A program made the position numbers and the translations under genes. The notes beneath the pieces were generated by a model. The model made no database searches, had not been told where the DNA came from, and saw only the letters and a program-made list of their open reading frames with translations. Source: an uncultured virus (IMG/VR IMGVR_UViG_3300043469_001223) (Duplodnaviria > Heunggongvirae > Uroviricota > Caudoviricetes). From it: a stretch of 64,000 nt of DNA. Of the stretch, positions 55,382 to 64,000 are shown piece after piece; position 1 is the stretch's first letter; every line of letters starts with the position of its first letter. The stretch is from IMG/VR virus record IMGVR_UViG_3300043469_001223. One strand, written 5' to 3'.

Positions 55382-56347
55382 ATGAGAATATTTAAATTAT
55401 CAACTATTGTTCTTGCAACAGCAGTATTGATGGGGTGTGCATCCGTAGTTAGACCTTTTGGCAAAGTAGGTATTGGAGACATACCAAAAGTAACAGAGAC
55501 TATACAAAAAGAAATTGATACACTACCTGCGCCAGACGGTCCTAAGATTGCAGTGGCAGTTTACGGATTTAAAGACATGACTGGACAGAGAAAAAACAGC
55601 ACCACGCTGAGTTTATTCTCAACCGCAGTAACACAAGGTGCCGAAAGTTATCTAATCAAGAGTTTACAAGAAGCAGGTAATCGTCAATGGTTTACTGTAG
55701 TAGAACGTGTTAATCTTGACAACCTATTAAAAGAACGTCAGATGATTAAACAGACTCGTGAGATATACGACGGAGCTAATGCTAAAATGCTACCACCTTT
55801 GGCATTAGCTGGAGTTATTCTAGAAGGTGGTATCATTGACTACAACAGTAATGTACTAACAGGCGGAACTGGATTTGCAGTTTTAGGAATTGGCCCATAC
55901 ACACAGTATATGCAAGATCAAGTGGTAATCAGTATGAGATTAGTCAGTGTACAAACCGGAGAAATATTAACCAGTGTTACTATTGAGAAAAATCTTTTGA
56001 GTACCAAAGACGGTACAACTGCTGTTAAATTTTACAATCAAGGAACGCGATCATTTGAGTTTGACAGTAGTCAAACTTTTAATGAACCAGGCAACTATGC
56101 TCTAAGGTCGGCAATTGAGCAAGGGATTATTGAGCTAGTTAAAAGTGGAAAAAATCTAGGTCTATGGAAATTCAAGGAGAAACCTAATGAGTTGGTTCAA
56201 AAGGAAGCCCCACGTGAAGGAGCCGCCCAAACACCTTCCGCATCGTCAGTACAGCCCAGCAACGGAAAAAATGCTAGAGGAAGTAAAGAAGAAGGTAGTT
56301 GGAATGCTACCGACGGATCAGGCAACAGGATCCAAACAACAAAATAA
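55382..56347 (+). CDS. csgG: Curli secretion channel CsgG (lipoprotein)
   Basis: Lipobox LMGC, AVYGFKDMTGQRK, STAVTQGA, WF.VVER..LDNLLKERQ, EGGII.Y, V.TGE.L.SV. Confidence 0.92.
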   Translation: MRIFKLSTIVLATAVLMGCASVVRPFGKVGIGDIPKVTETIQKEIDTLPAPDGPKIAVAVYGFKDMTGQRKNSTTLSLFSTAVTQGAESYLIKSLQEAGNRQWFTVVERVNLDNLLKERQMIKQTREIYDGANAKMLPPLALAGVILEGGIIDYNSNVLTGGTGFAVLGIGPYTQYMQDQVVISMRLVSVQTGEILTSVTIEKNLLSTKDGTTAVKFYNQGTRSFEFDSSQTFNEPGNYALRSAIEQGIIELVKSGKNLGLWKFKEKPNELVQKEAPREGAAQTPSASSVQPSNGKNARGSKEEGSWNATDGSGNRIQTTK

Positions 56348-56382
56348 AGCGAGACCGGTCAACAAAACCAGGAGCAAATAAA

Positions 56383-57189
56383 ATGAAAAAAACACTATTA
56401 GCAATTATATTAGCCGCAACACTGCCGGCTTTTGCACAAACAGCACCTACTGCACCAACGCAGGCCAGTGCGCCCACGATTACTACAGCCAGTACCACAC
56501 GCTTTGCAGCAGGCGTTACGGCTGCATTAGGTGCAAGTACAACTAACATTATCTATCTAGAGCAGACTGGATCTGCACCTACAGTCAGTATCAATCAAGA
56601 CGGTAACAGTAACCGTGCTGGTGCTACTGCCGCAGGTGCTATTAACAGTATGATATTAGATGGTAATAATCAAGTTGTTACTATTGACCAAACAGGTAAC
56701 AATAACATTATCAACACCATGAAAATCACCGGAAGTGATGCTAATGTTTACTTGCTACAGTCAGGTAACAGCAACACAGCCAATGTAAGTTGTGGATTGA
56801 CAACAACCTGTGCAGGACAAGCTGGCCTTGATGAAAATGCATTGCTTGATTTAAGATTCACTGGTAACAGCAACACTGCAAATTATACCGGCAATGGTAC
56901 AGCACTTCAAGCAGCAGCGTATGTTACAGGCAACGGTAATACACTTAACTTAGAACAATCTAGCTCTACCGGTGCTGGTCAACAAATGTTGATTAACTTG
57001 TCAAGTAGTGACAACAACACTGTTAACGTTCTGCAATCTAGTGCAAGCATGAGCAGTTTAGTATTGGCACAAAACGGTGCAGGTGGAACAACTTTTAACA
57101 TCAGTCAAACTGGGACCCATGCTAACGTTGCTAATATTTCAGCCACAGCAGCAGGTGGCACTTTTAACATCATTCAGAAGAGCCGTTAA
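56383..57189 (+). CDS. Secreted curlin-like repeat protein
   Basis: Signal peptide; repeated [I/L]xQxGxxN (EQTG, NQDGNSN, DQTGNNN, LQSGNSN, SQTG). Confidence 0.75.
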   Translation: MKKTLLAIILAATLPAFAQTAPTAPTQASAPTITTASTTRFAAGVTAALGASTTNIIYLEQTGSAPTVSINQDGNSNRAGATAAGAINSMILDGNNQVVTIDQTGNNNIINTMKITGSDANVYLLQSGNSNTANVSCGLTTTCAGQAGLDENALLDLRFTGNSNTANYTGNGTALQAAAYVTGNGNTLNLEQSSSTGAGQQMLINLSSSDNNTVNVLQSSASMSSLVLAQNGAGGTTFNISQTGTHANVANISATAAGGTFNIIQKSR

Positions 57190-57201
57190 TCGGAGGATGC
57201 T

Positions 57202-58338
57202 GTGAAGTTATGGGCCATTGCACTATGGTTGGTTTGCACCACTGCGATTGCTGATATAGGATCAGTCGTTGATCTTTCAGGCACCGCAGTTATTAAACGT
57301 GGCAAAACAATCGTCTCCGTAGCTAAAGGCACTGTAGTTGAAACCAATGATAAAGTTGAAACTAAAAACGGTGTTGTCAACATCAAGTTTAAAGACAACA
57401 CCACTGTTAAAATAACTGAAAACAGTGCATTAGTAATAGATGATTTTGTATACGATCCTAAAAATGCTGCGGGCGGCAAACTTAGCCTTAAGGCTGCTGC
57501 TGGTACTGTACGTTATGTATCTGGTAATATCGCACACAACAACCCCAACAGTGTAAAAATTAATACACCCACTGCGTCTATTGCTGTTCGCGGCACTGAT
57601 TTTGTAATGTCAGTAGATGAAACAGGTAAAAGTCTTGTTATGTTAATGCCTGCCTGTGAAGTAAATCAAAGCATTAACTTAAAAGGAATGGTTTGCGGTA
57701 GTGGTCGAATAGATGTTGACAGCGGATCAAAAATAATTACATTAGACAAACCTTATCAAGCAACTATTGTTGAAACAGCGGCAACCCCTCCTACTATTCC
57801 TGTAGTAGTTAATCTAGCTAATACTGCAATTGGAAATAATTTATTGATTCGTTTGCCTAATACTATGTCAGGTGTTGGTATACAACAAGCTGCTCGTGCT
57901 GCTGCTGAAAAAACTGGCGATGCCAAACGTGACGATGACAAGAAAGACAACAAAGATCCTAGTTCGGCAGAAGCCAAAGCGACTAACGATCAGCAGAAAA
58001 ATAATCAAGAACGAACTTCTAGGGAGCGAGATGCAGAAGACCGTGCCTTATCCTTATTAACAGAACTAAAAGATAAAGGTGTTGCAGTAACAGACAAAGC
58101 ATTTGAAAACGAGCATGTGGTTCGATACTACAAGAACGATAATCCAAACTTAAATCAGTTAGGTATAGGCTATATGAGTTTGAGTGCTAACGGAAATAAC
58201 TTTACTGCTATAAGTCTAACTAATGACAACAAGGTGTTGGTAGTAGTTACACAAGATAGAATTACCGATGCGTTCAATTTTGCTGGATCACTCAACAAGC
58301 CGCAGGGCAGTATCATTATTAATCAGAGCTACAGATGA
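57202..58338 (+). CDS. Secreted FecR-domain protein
   Basis: Signal peptide; D.VET..G...I.F.D.T.V...ENS.L.IDDFVYDP...GTVRYVSG...TPTA.IAVRGTDF. Confidence 0.85.
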   Translation: MKLWAIALWLVCTTAIADIGSVVDLSGTAVIKRGKTIVSVAKGTVVETNDKVETKNGVVNIKFKDNTTVKITENSALVIDDFVYDPKNAAGGKLSLKAAAGTVRYVSGNIAHNNPNSVKINTPTASIAVRGTDFVMSVDETGKSLVMLMPACEVNQSINLKGMVCGSGRIDVDSGSKIITLDKPYQATIVETAATPPTIPVVVNLANTAIGNNLLIRLPNTMSGVGIQQAARAAAEKTGDAKRDDDKKDNKDPSSAEAKATNDQQKNNQERTSRERDAEDRALSLLTELKDKGVAVTDKAFENEHVVRYYKNDNPNLNQLGIGYMSLSANGNNFTAISLTNDNKVLVVVTQDRITDAFNFAGSLNKPQGSIIINQSYR

Positions 58339-60320
58339 TAAGACAAATATTTTTAATGATGTTGCTAGTCTGCACAAATGCCTTTGGTGCTATCACCGAC
58401 GGCAAGTTTGGCATCAATCAAATATTTGACGTACAATACAGCTGGAGTGGTACCACATTATATGCCAGCAACTTTATTGCACCTTACAACAAGAACTTTC
58501 AAACAGTGACGGTTAGCGCAGGACAATACTTTCAGTTCTTTAATAGCACAACTAATCCAGGGAAGCACGGATTGAAATTGATGAACAGCAACGGCACACA
58601 ACACAGTATTGTCCATGATCACGGCGATATTACTGCTCTAGGTAATGGTGCTATCTTCTATATTGGATCTGGGTTCTTTGGTAATGTGATTACAACGGCA
58701 CAAGGTTATAACTACGGTGCTAGTGCTACATTTACTAATATGGATACTAGTGTTACCAGCAGTGACCTAAATAACTATACATTTGCTAGCACAACACCGT
58801 TATCAGCAGGACAAACAGCACAGCCGGCACCTGCAACACCGAACTGGCAAATGATTAGAACCAACAGCACGCCAGTTGTAATCAGCAACATCTATCCTAC
58901 CAGCTATAATAGTCCCAGCAACGAAGGTGCTGCTAATGCCTTTGACGGCAACGTTGGCACTAAGTACTTGAACTTTGATAAACAGAACGCAGGTGTCACT
59001 GTTAAACTAAGTCAAGGTCGTGTAGTTCAAAAGTTTACCATTACTACTGCTAATGATTCAGTTGAACGAGATCCAGCAAGTTATAAACTATACGGATCTA
59101 ATGATGGTGTTAACTGGACTCTGATTAAAGAAGGTCCGTTGACTTTATCTGATTCTAGATTTAGTGTCAGTGGTGAAATAACAGTGGACAACACTACCGC
59201 CTATGTCTATTACTTTATAAAGTTTCCAAGTATTAAAAATAACAGCGGTAATAGTGTGCAGATTGCTGAAGTTACCTACTACTACGATTTAAATGATGGA
59301 GTAACCAGCAGTGATACAGGTTCAGGTGGCACACCTAGCAATCCAGGTACAGCAGGTGCAGCAGTATCCAACGAAGGACCAACGGTAGTTGGTACATCAA
59401 CTAGCAACAGTATTAGCACAAGTTCATCTAGTTCAAGCACTGGATCTATAACAATTACTCGCCCAACTACCACAGGAAACTTTACTGACGGGTTCGTAGG
59501 AACAACTACAGTGACTACAACAACTACAACACCGGTGACTACTACTACATGGAGTGACGGATCAACTACAACTAGCAACGGTACACCAAGTAGCACTACT
59601 AACACTACCTATACCATCACACCCACTTACGGAACTGCTCCTACATATTCTCGAACCGCTCCTAACATTAGTGGCAACAGCATTTATATCAAACAGGTTG
59701 TGGCTGGCACAAACAATTCCGTTACATTAGAGCAAGATGGAAATAACAATGCCATTACAGGAACCGACAGCGGGTGGGCAACGTTAAATGGCAACGGCAA
59801 CATACTGAGTATAAAACAGTTCGGACAAGGTAATATTGCAGGTGTTAAAATGAATGCCTGGGGCAACAATATTGACATTAAGCAACAGACTGCTAACGGT
59901 GGTGATGTCAACAACAATATATTCAATTTTGAAAGTGCTGGTAATGGTAATGCAGTCACTGCTCAACAACAGAGCAATAACAATACCGCTAGTGTAAAAA
60001 CTACATGGGATATTAATACTGTAAACATTACACAAAAGACTGGAACAGGTAATGCAAGTTATGCTACATTAACAGGCAATTGGAACACTGTTAACAACAC
60101 ACAAGCCGGCAGCAACAATCTAAGCATTGTAAATGTCAGCGGAGACAACAACTCAGCAACAGTTAATCAAACTGGCACAGGACACAGTACTTTATTAAAC
60201 TTAATTGGTAATAAAAACACTGTTAGCGTCACACAAACAGGTGTAGGAGATGCCTACACACTACAACAGACCTGTACAAATCCAGCAGGCTGCTCGGTAT
60301 CAGTTATTAGAAACAAGTAA
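58335..60320 (+). CDS. Secreted protein: discoidin/F5/8C-like domain + Thr/Ser linker + curlin-like repeats
   Basis: NAFDGNVGTKY...ANDSVERDP..Y.LYGSNDG..W; C-terminal QxGxxN repeats. Confidence 0.78.
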   Translation: MIRQIFLMMLLVCTNAFGAITDGKFGINQIFDVQYSWSGTTLYASNFIAPYNKNFQTVTVSAGQYFQFFNSTTNPGKHGLKLMNSNGTQHSIVHDHGDITALGNGAIFYIGSGFFGNVITTAQGYNYGASATFTNMDTSVTSSDLNNYTFASTTPLSAGQTAQPAPATPNWQMIRTNSTPVVISNIYPTSYNSPSNEGAANAFDGNVGTKYLNFDKQNAGVTVKLSQGRVVQKFTITTANDSVERDPASYKLYGSNDGVNWTLIKEGPLTLSDSRFSVSGEITVDNTTAYVYYFIKFPSIKNNSGNSVQIAEVTYYYDLNDGVTSSDTGSGGTPSNPGTAGAAVSNEGPTVVGTSTSNSISTSSSSSSTGSITITRPTTTGNFTDGFVGTTTVTTTTTTPVTTTTWSDGSTTTSNGTPSSTTNTTYTITPTYGTAPTYSRTAPNISGNSIYIKQVVAGTNNSVTLEQDGNNNAITGTDSGWATLNGNGNILSIKQFGQGNIAGVKMNAWGNNIDIKQQTANGGDVNNNIFNFESAGNGNAVTAQQQSNNNTASVKTTWDINTVNITQKTGTGNASYATLTGNWNTVNNTQAGSNNLSIVNVSGDNNSATVNQTGTGHSTLLNLIGNKNTVSVTQTGVGDAYTLQQTCTNPAGCSVSVIRNK

Positions 60321-60339
60321 ATTTTGCTATAAATAACTG

Positions 60340-60672
60340 ATGCGATTCGACGACCTTATTAAAAAACCTGCCAAACCGCAGAAGCCATTGACCTATACAG
60401 AAAGTTTACAGGCTAAACTTGATGCAGAAATGGCGGATAAACCTGCTCCAAAATTTACAGCATTAGAATATGCTATGATGGAAGGTGGTCACAGTTTAGA
60501 AGAAAACTTTGCAGATGGTAAGAACCCGCAAGACAAAGGCGACAGCAAGCGTCACGGTGTTCCTACTAAATCGTCAGTAAGTACACTGCGTAAGGTTGCC
60601 AAGCAAGGTGGTCGAAAAGGTCAGTTAGCACATTGGATGGCCAATATGAAAGCAGGGAAGGCTAAGAAATGA
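60340..60672 (+). CDS. Small late protein (putative internal head protein)
   Basis: TATAAATA 4 nt upstream; LEENFADGK motif. Confidence 0.6.
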   Translation: MRFDDLIKKPAKPQKPLTYTESLQAKLDAEMADKPAPKFTALEYAMMEGGHSLEENFADGKNPQDKGDSKRHGVPTKSSVSTLRKVAKQGGRKGQLAHWMANMKAGKAKK

Positions 60673-60956
60673 AGATTCAAGAACTTTTAGAAGACTGGAA
60701 CAAAGTCAACAAACAAGACAAGACAGATGGCCTTAGTCAAAAGGCTGTTAATGCTTATCGTAGAGAGAATCCAGGCAGCAAACTTAAGACTGCTGTAACT
60801 ACTAAGCCTAGTAAATTAAAAGCAGGCAGCAAGGATGCTAAACGCCGCAAGAGTTTTTGTGCTCGCATGTCGGGTAACAAAGGCCCTATGAAGGACGAGA
60901 AAGGTCGTCCAACTCCTAAAGCCAAAGCACTGTCTCGCTGGAACTGCGAGGAATAA
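60669..60956 (+). CDS. Basic protein with RRKSFCARM motif (DUF6321-like)
   Basis: YRRENPGSKLKTAVT...RRKSFCARM...LSRWNC. Confidence 0.7.
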   Translation: MKIQELLEDWNKVNKQDKTDGLSQKAVNAYRRENPGSKLKTAVTTKPSKLKAGSKDAKRRKSFCARMSGNKGPMKDEKGRPTPKAKALSRWNCEE

Positions 60957-60959
60957 AAT

Positions 60960-63023
60960 ATGAAAAAAATATTACTAAGCCCGTGGTTGGCATTAATTAC
61001 ATTGGTATTGATAGCAGGTGTCAGATTTGCAGATCCTGCATTTGTTGAATCAGTTAGACTGCGATACTTCGATCAACTTATCATTAGCCAACCTAAACAA
61101 GACATTCCTGTACATACTGTTAATATAGATGAAGCTGCATTAGACAAGTATGGACAATTCCCTTTTCCTCGAGGACTATATGCTGACATTATTAAAGACC
61201 TATATGATAGAAACGCTGGACTTGTTGTGCTCAATATCCTCATGCCTGAATCAGATCGATTCAATCAAGATACTCAACTGGCCAAAGCCTTAGAAAAATA
61301 TTCAGTGGTGCTGCCGCAGGTTGCCAGCACCACAGGCAAGAATAAGACGTTCGGAAGTGCTGTACAAATTGTAGGCGTTGACCCAGAAGGTAGTCTAGTA
61401 GAATATCCAGGTATTATCGCCAACGTTCCTATGCTAGAAGAACGTGCGGCTGGTGTAGGTGTTGTAAATACTTTTCCTGAAATAGACGGTGTTGTTCGTC
61501 GTATGCCGTTGCTAATACTAAGCGGAGAAACTGTGCATCCTGCAATCGGTTTAGAAACACTTAGGACTGCGGCAGGAGATACAAAAATACAAGTTAAGAT
61601 TACAGACATGGGGGTTGAAGCAGTGCGTATTCCTAAACTGAATCGCATCAACGTAGATCCATTGAGTCGTGTATGGATTGATTGGAGCCAGCAACCCAAG
61701 CAACACAGTCTTGCCAAATTGCCCAAAGACTTCAACGGTGAAATCGTTATAGTGGGATTAAGTGCGGCAGGATTAGTTCAACCAGTAGCTACTGCTCGCG
61801 GCGAAATTTGGCCACAGGATATGCAGGCAAGTTTATTAGGTACAATGCTTAACGGCAAAACTATTCAGCGTCCAGGCTACGCAGATGACTTAGAAACAGT
61901 AGCTATTCTAATTGCAGGTATATTGCTATTATTTTTAACGAGGTGGACCTATGCGGGATTGGCAGCGACAGTTGTTATTATTGGCGGTGGCATTGCTGGC
62001 AGCATCTATGCTTACAGCAGTCTTTTATTCTTATTCGATGCTACTGCCTTTGCAGTTGGCACAACTTTGGTCGCTCTGCATGCCTATGGCATCAAGTTTG
62101 TAAGCGAGTTCCTACAGAAGAGTCAGATTAAGAAACAGTTTGGCAGTTACGTAAATCCTGTTATTGTTGAACGCTTACAAAAAGATCCTAGCTTTATCAA
62201 ACTGGGTGGTGAGAAGAAAGATTTAACTGTTATCATGAGCGACATGCGTAACTTTACGGGACTAGGTGAGACATACGGTGATGACGTTGTGGCATTTACA
62301 CAGACTATGAACCGTTACATGACTGCCATTGCGGAGCCTATACTGCGTAACAATGGGTGTTTGATCAAGTTCATAGGTGATGCGTCATTACACGTACACG
62401 GTGCTCCTATTCAAGAAGAACAAGATCCGGATCATGTGTTAGCAGGAGTGCGTACAGGTCTTGAAATGTTGCACGCTGTTGAGCTGTTTAATATTGAACT
62501 TACCAAAGAAGGTAAGCCCTTAGTAGGTTGCGGATTGGGTATCAACACTGGCCCTACACTAATTGGTAACATTGGTAGTAAGGATCGATTTGGTTATGAC
62601 GTACTAGGCGACTCAGTAAGTTTAACTGCTCGACTAGAAGGACAGACCAAGAACTATGGTGTGTTGATCATCATTAGCGAGTTTACACAGGCTCGAGTAG
62701 GCGACAATTACTTTACAATTCCATTAGACTGTATTGCTGTTAAAGGTAAGACTATTGGCGTTAACATATTCACAGTGTTTTACAATCCAGATGCCACTGT
62801 GGCAGCAGATTGGATCATGGCTCGAGAGCATCATGAACTAATGTTAGAATATTATCGTCAACAACAGTGGGACAAGGCCATTACACTGTGCCAAGAACTT
62901 ACAGGTGAGTTTGACGGCAAGATGGATCACTATTACGAATTATGGATTGAGCGTATTGCTGAGATGCGTACAAGAGATCTAGCCGCAGATTGGGACGGTA
63001 CCTACAGAGCTACATCAAAGTGA
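60960..63023 (+). CDS. CHASE2-domain membrane class III adenylate/guanylate cyclase
   Basis: IDEAAL..YGQFPFPR, E.DR, E.DGVVRR.PL (CHASE2); TM helices; SDMRNFT, KFIGDA, G.GINTG, GD.V..ARLEG. Confidence 0.92.
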   Translation: MKKILLSPWLALITLVLIAGVRFADPAFVESVRLRYFDQLIISQPKQDIPVHTVNIDEAALDKYGQFPFPRGLYADIIKDLYDRNAGLVVLNILMPESDRFNQDTQLAKALEKYSVVLPQVASTTGKNKTFGSAVQIVGVDPEGSLVEYPGIIANVPMLEERAAGVGVVNTFPEIDGVVRRMPLLILSGETVHPAIGLETLRTAAGDTKIQVKITDMGVEAVRIPKLNRINVDPLSRVWIDWSQQPKQHSLAKLPKDFNGEIVIVGLSAAGLVQPVATARGEIWPQDMQASLLGTMLNGKTIQRPGYADDLETVAILIAGILLLFLTRWTYAGLAATVVIIGGGIAGSIYAYSSLLFLFDATAFAVGTTLVALHAYGIKFVSEFLQKSQIKKQFGSYVNPVIVERLQKDPSFIKLGGEKKDLTVIMSDMRNFTGLGETYGDDVVAFTQTMNRYMTAIAEPILRNNGCLIKFIGDASLHVHGAPIQEEQDPDHVLAGVRTGLEMLHAVELFNIELTKEGKPLVGCGLGINTGPTLIGNIGSKDRFGYDVLGDSVSLTARLEGQTKNYGVLIIISEFTQARVGDNYFTIPLDCIAVKGKTIGVNIFTVFYNPDATVAADWIMAREHHELMLEYYRQQQWDKAITLCQELTGEFDGKMDHYYELWIERIAEMRTRDLAADWDGTYRATSK

Positions 63024-63116
63024 TAGAAGATGTTCTAGATGAATATGCCAGGCTTTGGATCCTGGCATATTATTGGCCTTATTTTGTTTTAGGAAACTCT
63101 GACAACATTAAAGAAA

Positions 63117-63479
63117 TTAATCGTCTGCTGCTGCGTCGTTAATTTCTTGAGGTGTAAATTTTCTCTGAGGTATTGGAGATAGTTTTTCTTTAACAGGTTC
63201 AGGTTCTTTGTTAATAGATGCATCAGCAGCAATACGTTCTTTCTCAATTGTCTTGCCACGCAATTCCATAACTGTTTCAACTTTTTGATTTAATCTTATA
63301 AGGTCATTGTCCAGCATACGAATACGATCAATAAGAGCAATAAGAGTTCCATTGGCTTGTCCTATAACTGGTTTGATTTCTGTGGTTACCCAGGTCCACA
63401 CGTAATAGATAAAGTATCCCATGCCGCCCGCAGCAACAATAGGAAAACCATATTTGTTGATCATTTCTGCTATATCCAT
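63117..63479 (-). CDS. Small membrane protein
   Basis: INKYGFPIVAAGGMGYFIYYVW TM, then LIDRIRMLDND coiled coil. Confidence 0.7.
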   Translation of the reverse strand: MDIAEMINKYGFPIVAAGGMGYFIYYVWTWVTTEIKPVIGQANGTLIALIDRIRMLDNDLIRLNQKVETVMELRGKTIEKERIAADASINKEPEPVKEKLSPIPQRKFTPQEINDAAADD

Positions 63480-63480
63480 A

Positions 63481-63660
63481 TTACTTATACCCTTTGGTAA
63501 ATTTTAGTACGGGGTCTACTTTGACTAATTGACTTTGCCCGTCTATATTTTTAAGCTCAAAGTGATCTCCAGCACGCCACTCTAACTTGTCTATGTTAAT
63601 TTCTCTGTCTAGAATAATTCGATCTTTTCGAAGATCCCAGTCGTAGTCTAAGTATTTCAT
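63481..63660 (-). CDS. Small hypothetical protein (59 aa, not in ORF track)
   Basis: MKYLDYDWDL....IILD.E.NIDKL.W..GD.F. Confidence 0.6.
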   Translation of the reverse strand: MKYLDYDWDLRKDRIILDREINIDKLEWRAGDHFELKNIDGQSQLVKVDPVLKFTKGYK

Positions 63661-63806
63661 AAGGTGCTTTCTACTGTGCCGAGAATAAGATATACTTGCT
63701 GATAAGTTTCTTCAATCATTTCTAACTGTTCTTCAGTTAACTCGCTCTGTTCAAAATTTACTAAATCTTTTGCTAGTTCAGTTTGCAGTTGCTTAATCTT
63801 ATTCAT
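63657..63806 (-). CDS. Small hypothetical protein (49 aa, not in ORF track)
   Basis: MNKIKQLQTELAKDL...; overlapping start/stop codons on both sides. Confidence 0.5.
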   Translation of the reverse strand: MNKIKQLQTELAKDLVNFEQSELTEEQLEMIEETYQQVYLILGTVESTL

Positions 63807-64000
63807 TAGTCTTTCCTTTGATCAACTTGATCAGCACGAGCAATCCGATCATAATCGGGCTGTAGTCCCAATGCATGACTTACTTTAACATCAATACGTT
63901 GTAATTGGTTGGTCATAGTATCTACTCGACTGTCTAGACCTTTAATAATACCACCCATTCCGTTGACGCTAGATGTTACACCAGCTAAAATAAACTTCAA
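63806..64000 (-). CDS. Membrane protein paralog of 63117-63479, 5' end outside the window
   Basis: LDSRVDTM..Q..RID.KVS.ALG..PD..RIARAD...D.RKD. Confidence 0.6.
   Translation of the reverse strand: MKFILAGVTSSVNGMGGIIKGLDSRVDTMTNQLQRIDVKVSHALGLQPDYDRIARADQVDQRKD

Noticed and set aside
1..64000. Alternative genetic code / stop-codon reassignment
   Set aside because: Known genes translate full-length in code 11 and end at TAA, TAG or TGA normally.

Overview
This 64 kb window is part of a large, AT-rich tailed-phage genome. It looks like a T4-superfamily-like myovirus, most likely with an aquatic proteobacterial host. No capsid, terminase or polymerase gene lies in the window, so this placement is inferred from gene content and TAAATA late-type promoters. 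Left to right it contains: (1) repetitive tail-fibre, Gly-rich and LamG adhesin genes, ending in a visible recombination scar; (2) a four-domain glycosyltransferase/FkbM fusion; (3) head/tail-associated genes; (4) nrdAB-iscU-iscA-grx; (5) csp, an unknown ~97-nt RNA, a circularly permuted two-piece tmRNA and Pho-box-controlled pstS; (6) clpX, ribosomal bS21, a ParB/DGQHR-like + HNH pair and three tiny unannotated basic peptides; (7) ahpC/ahpD and an NAD salvage set (NadM-Nudix, macro domain, NAMPT) whose two promoters share an AUAGA-loop hairpin; (8) an AAA ATPase, then three structured non-coding RNAs with a common terminal stem plus CAGCAA motif, directly upstream of a DUF2828/vWA (Ro60/TROVE-like) gene; (9) hemA, hemO and a PcyX-like bilin reductase, with Hsp20 (ROSE thermometer) and ClpS; (10) a curli-like secretion cluster (CsgF, CsgG, two curlin-repeat proteins, FecR protein) coupled to a CHASE2 adenylate cyclase. 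The best candidates for an undescribed system are the Ro-like protein with its CAGCAA RNA array and the curli/FecR/cyclase module. All family calls come from motif recognition by eye; no database search was run.
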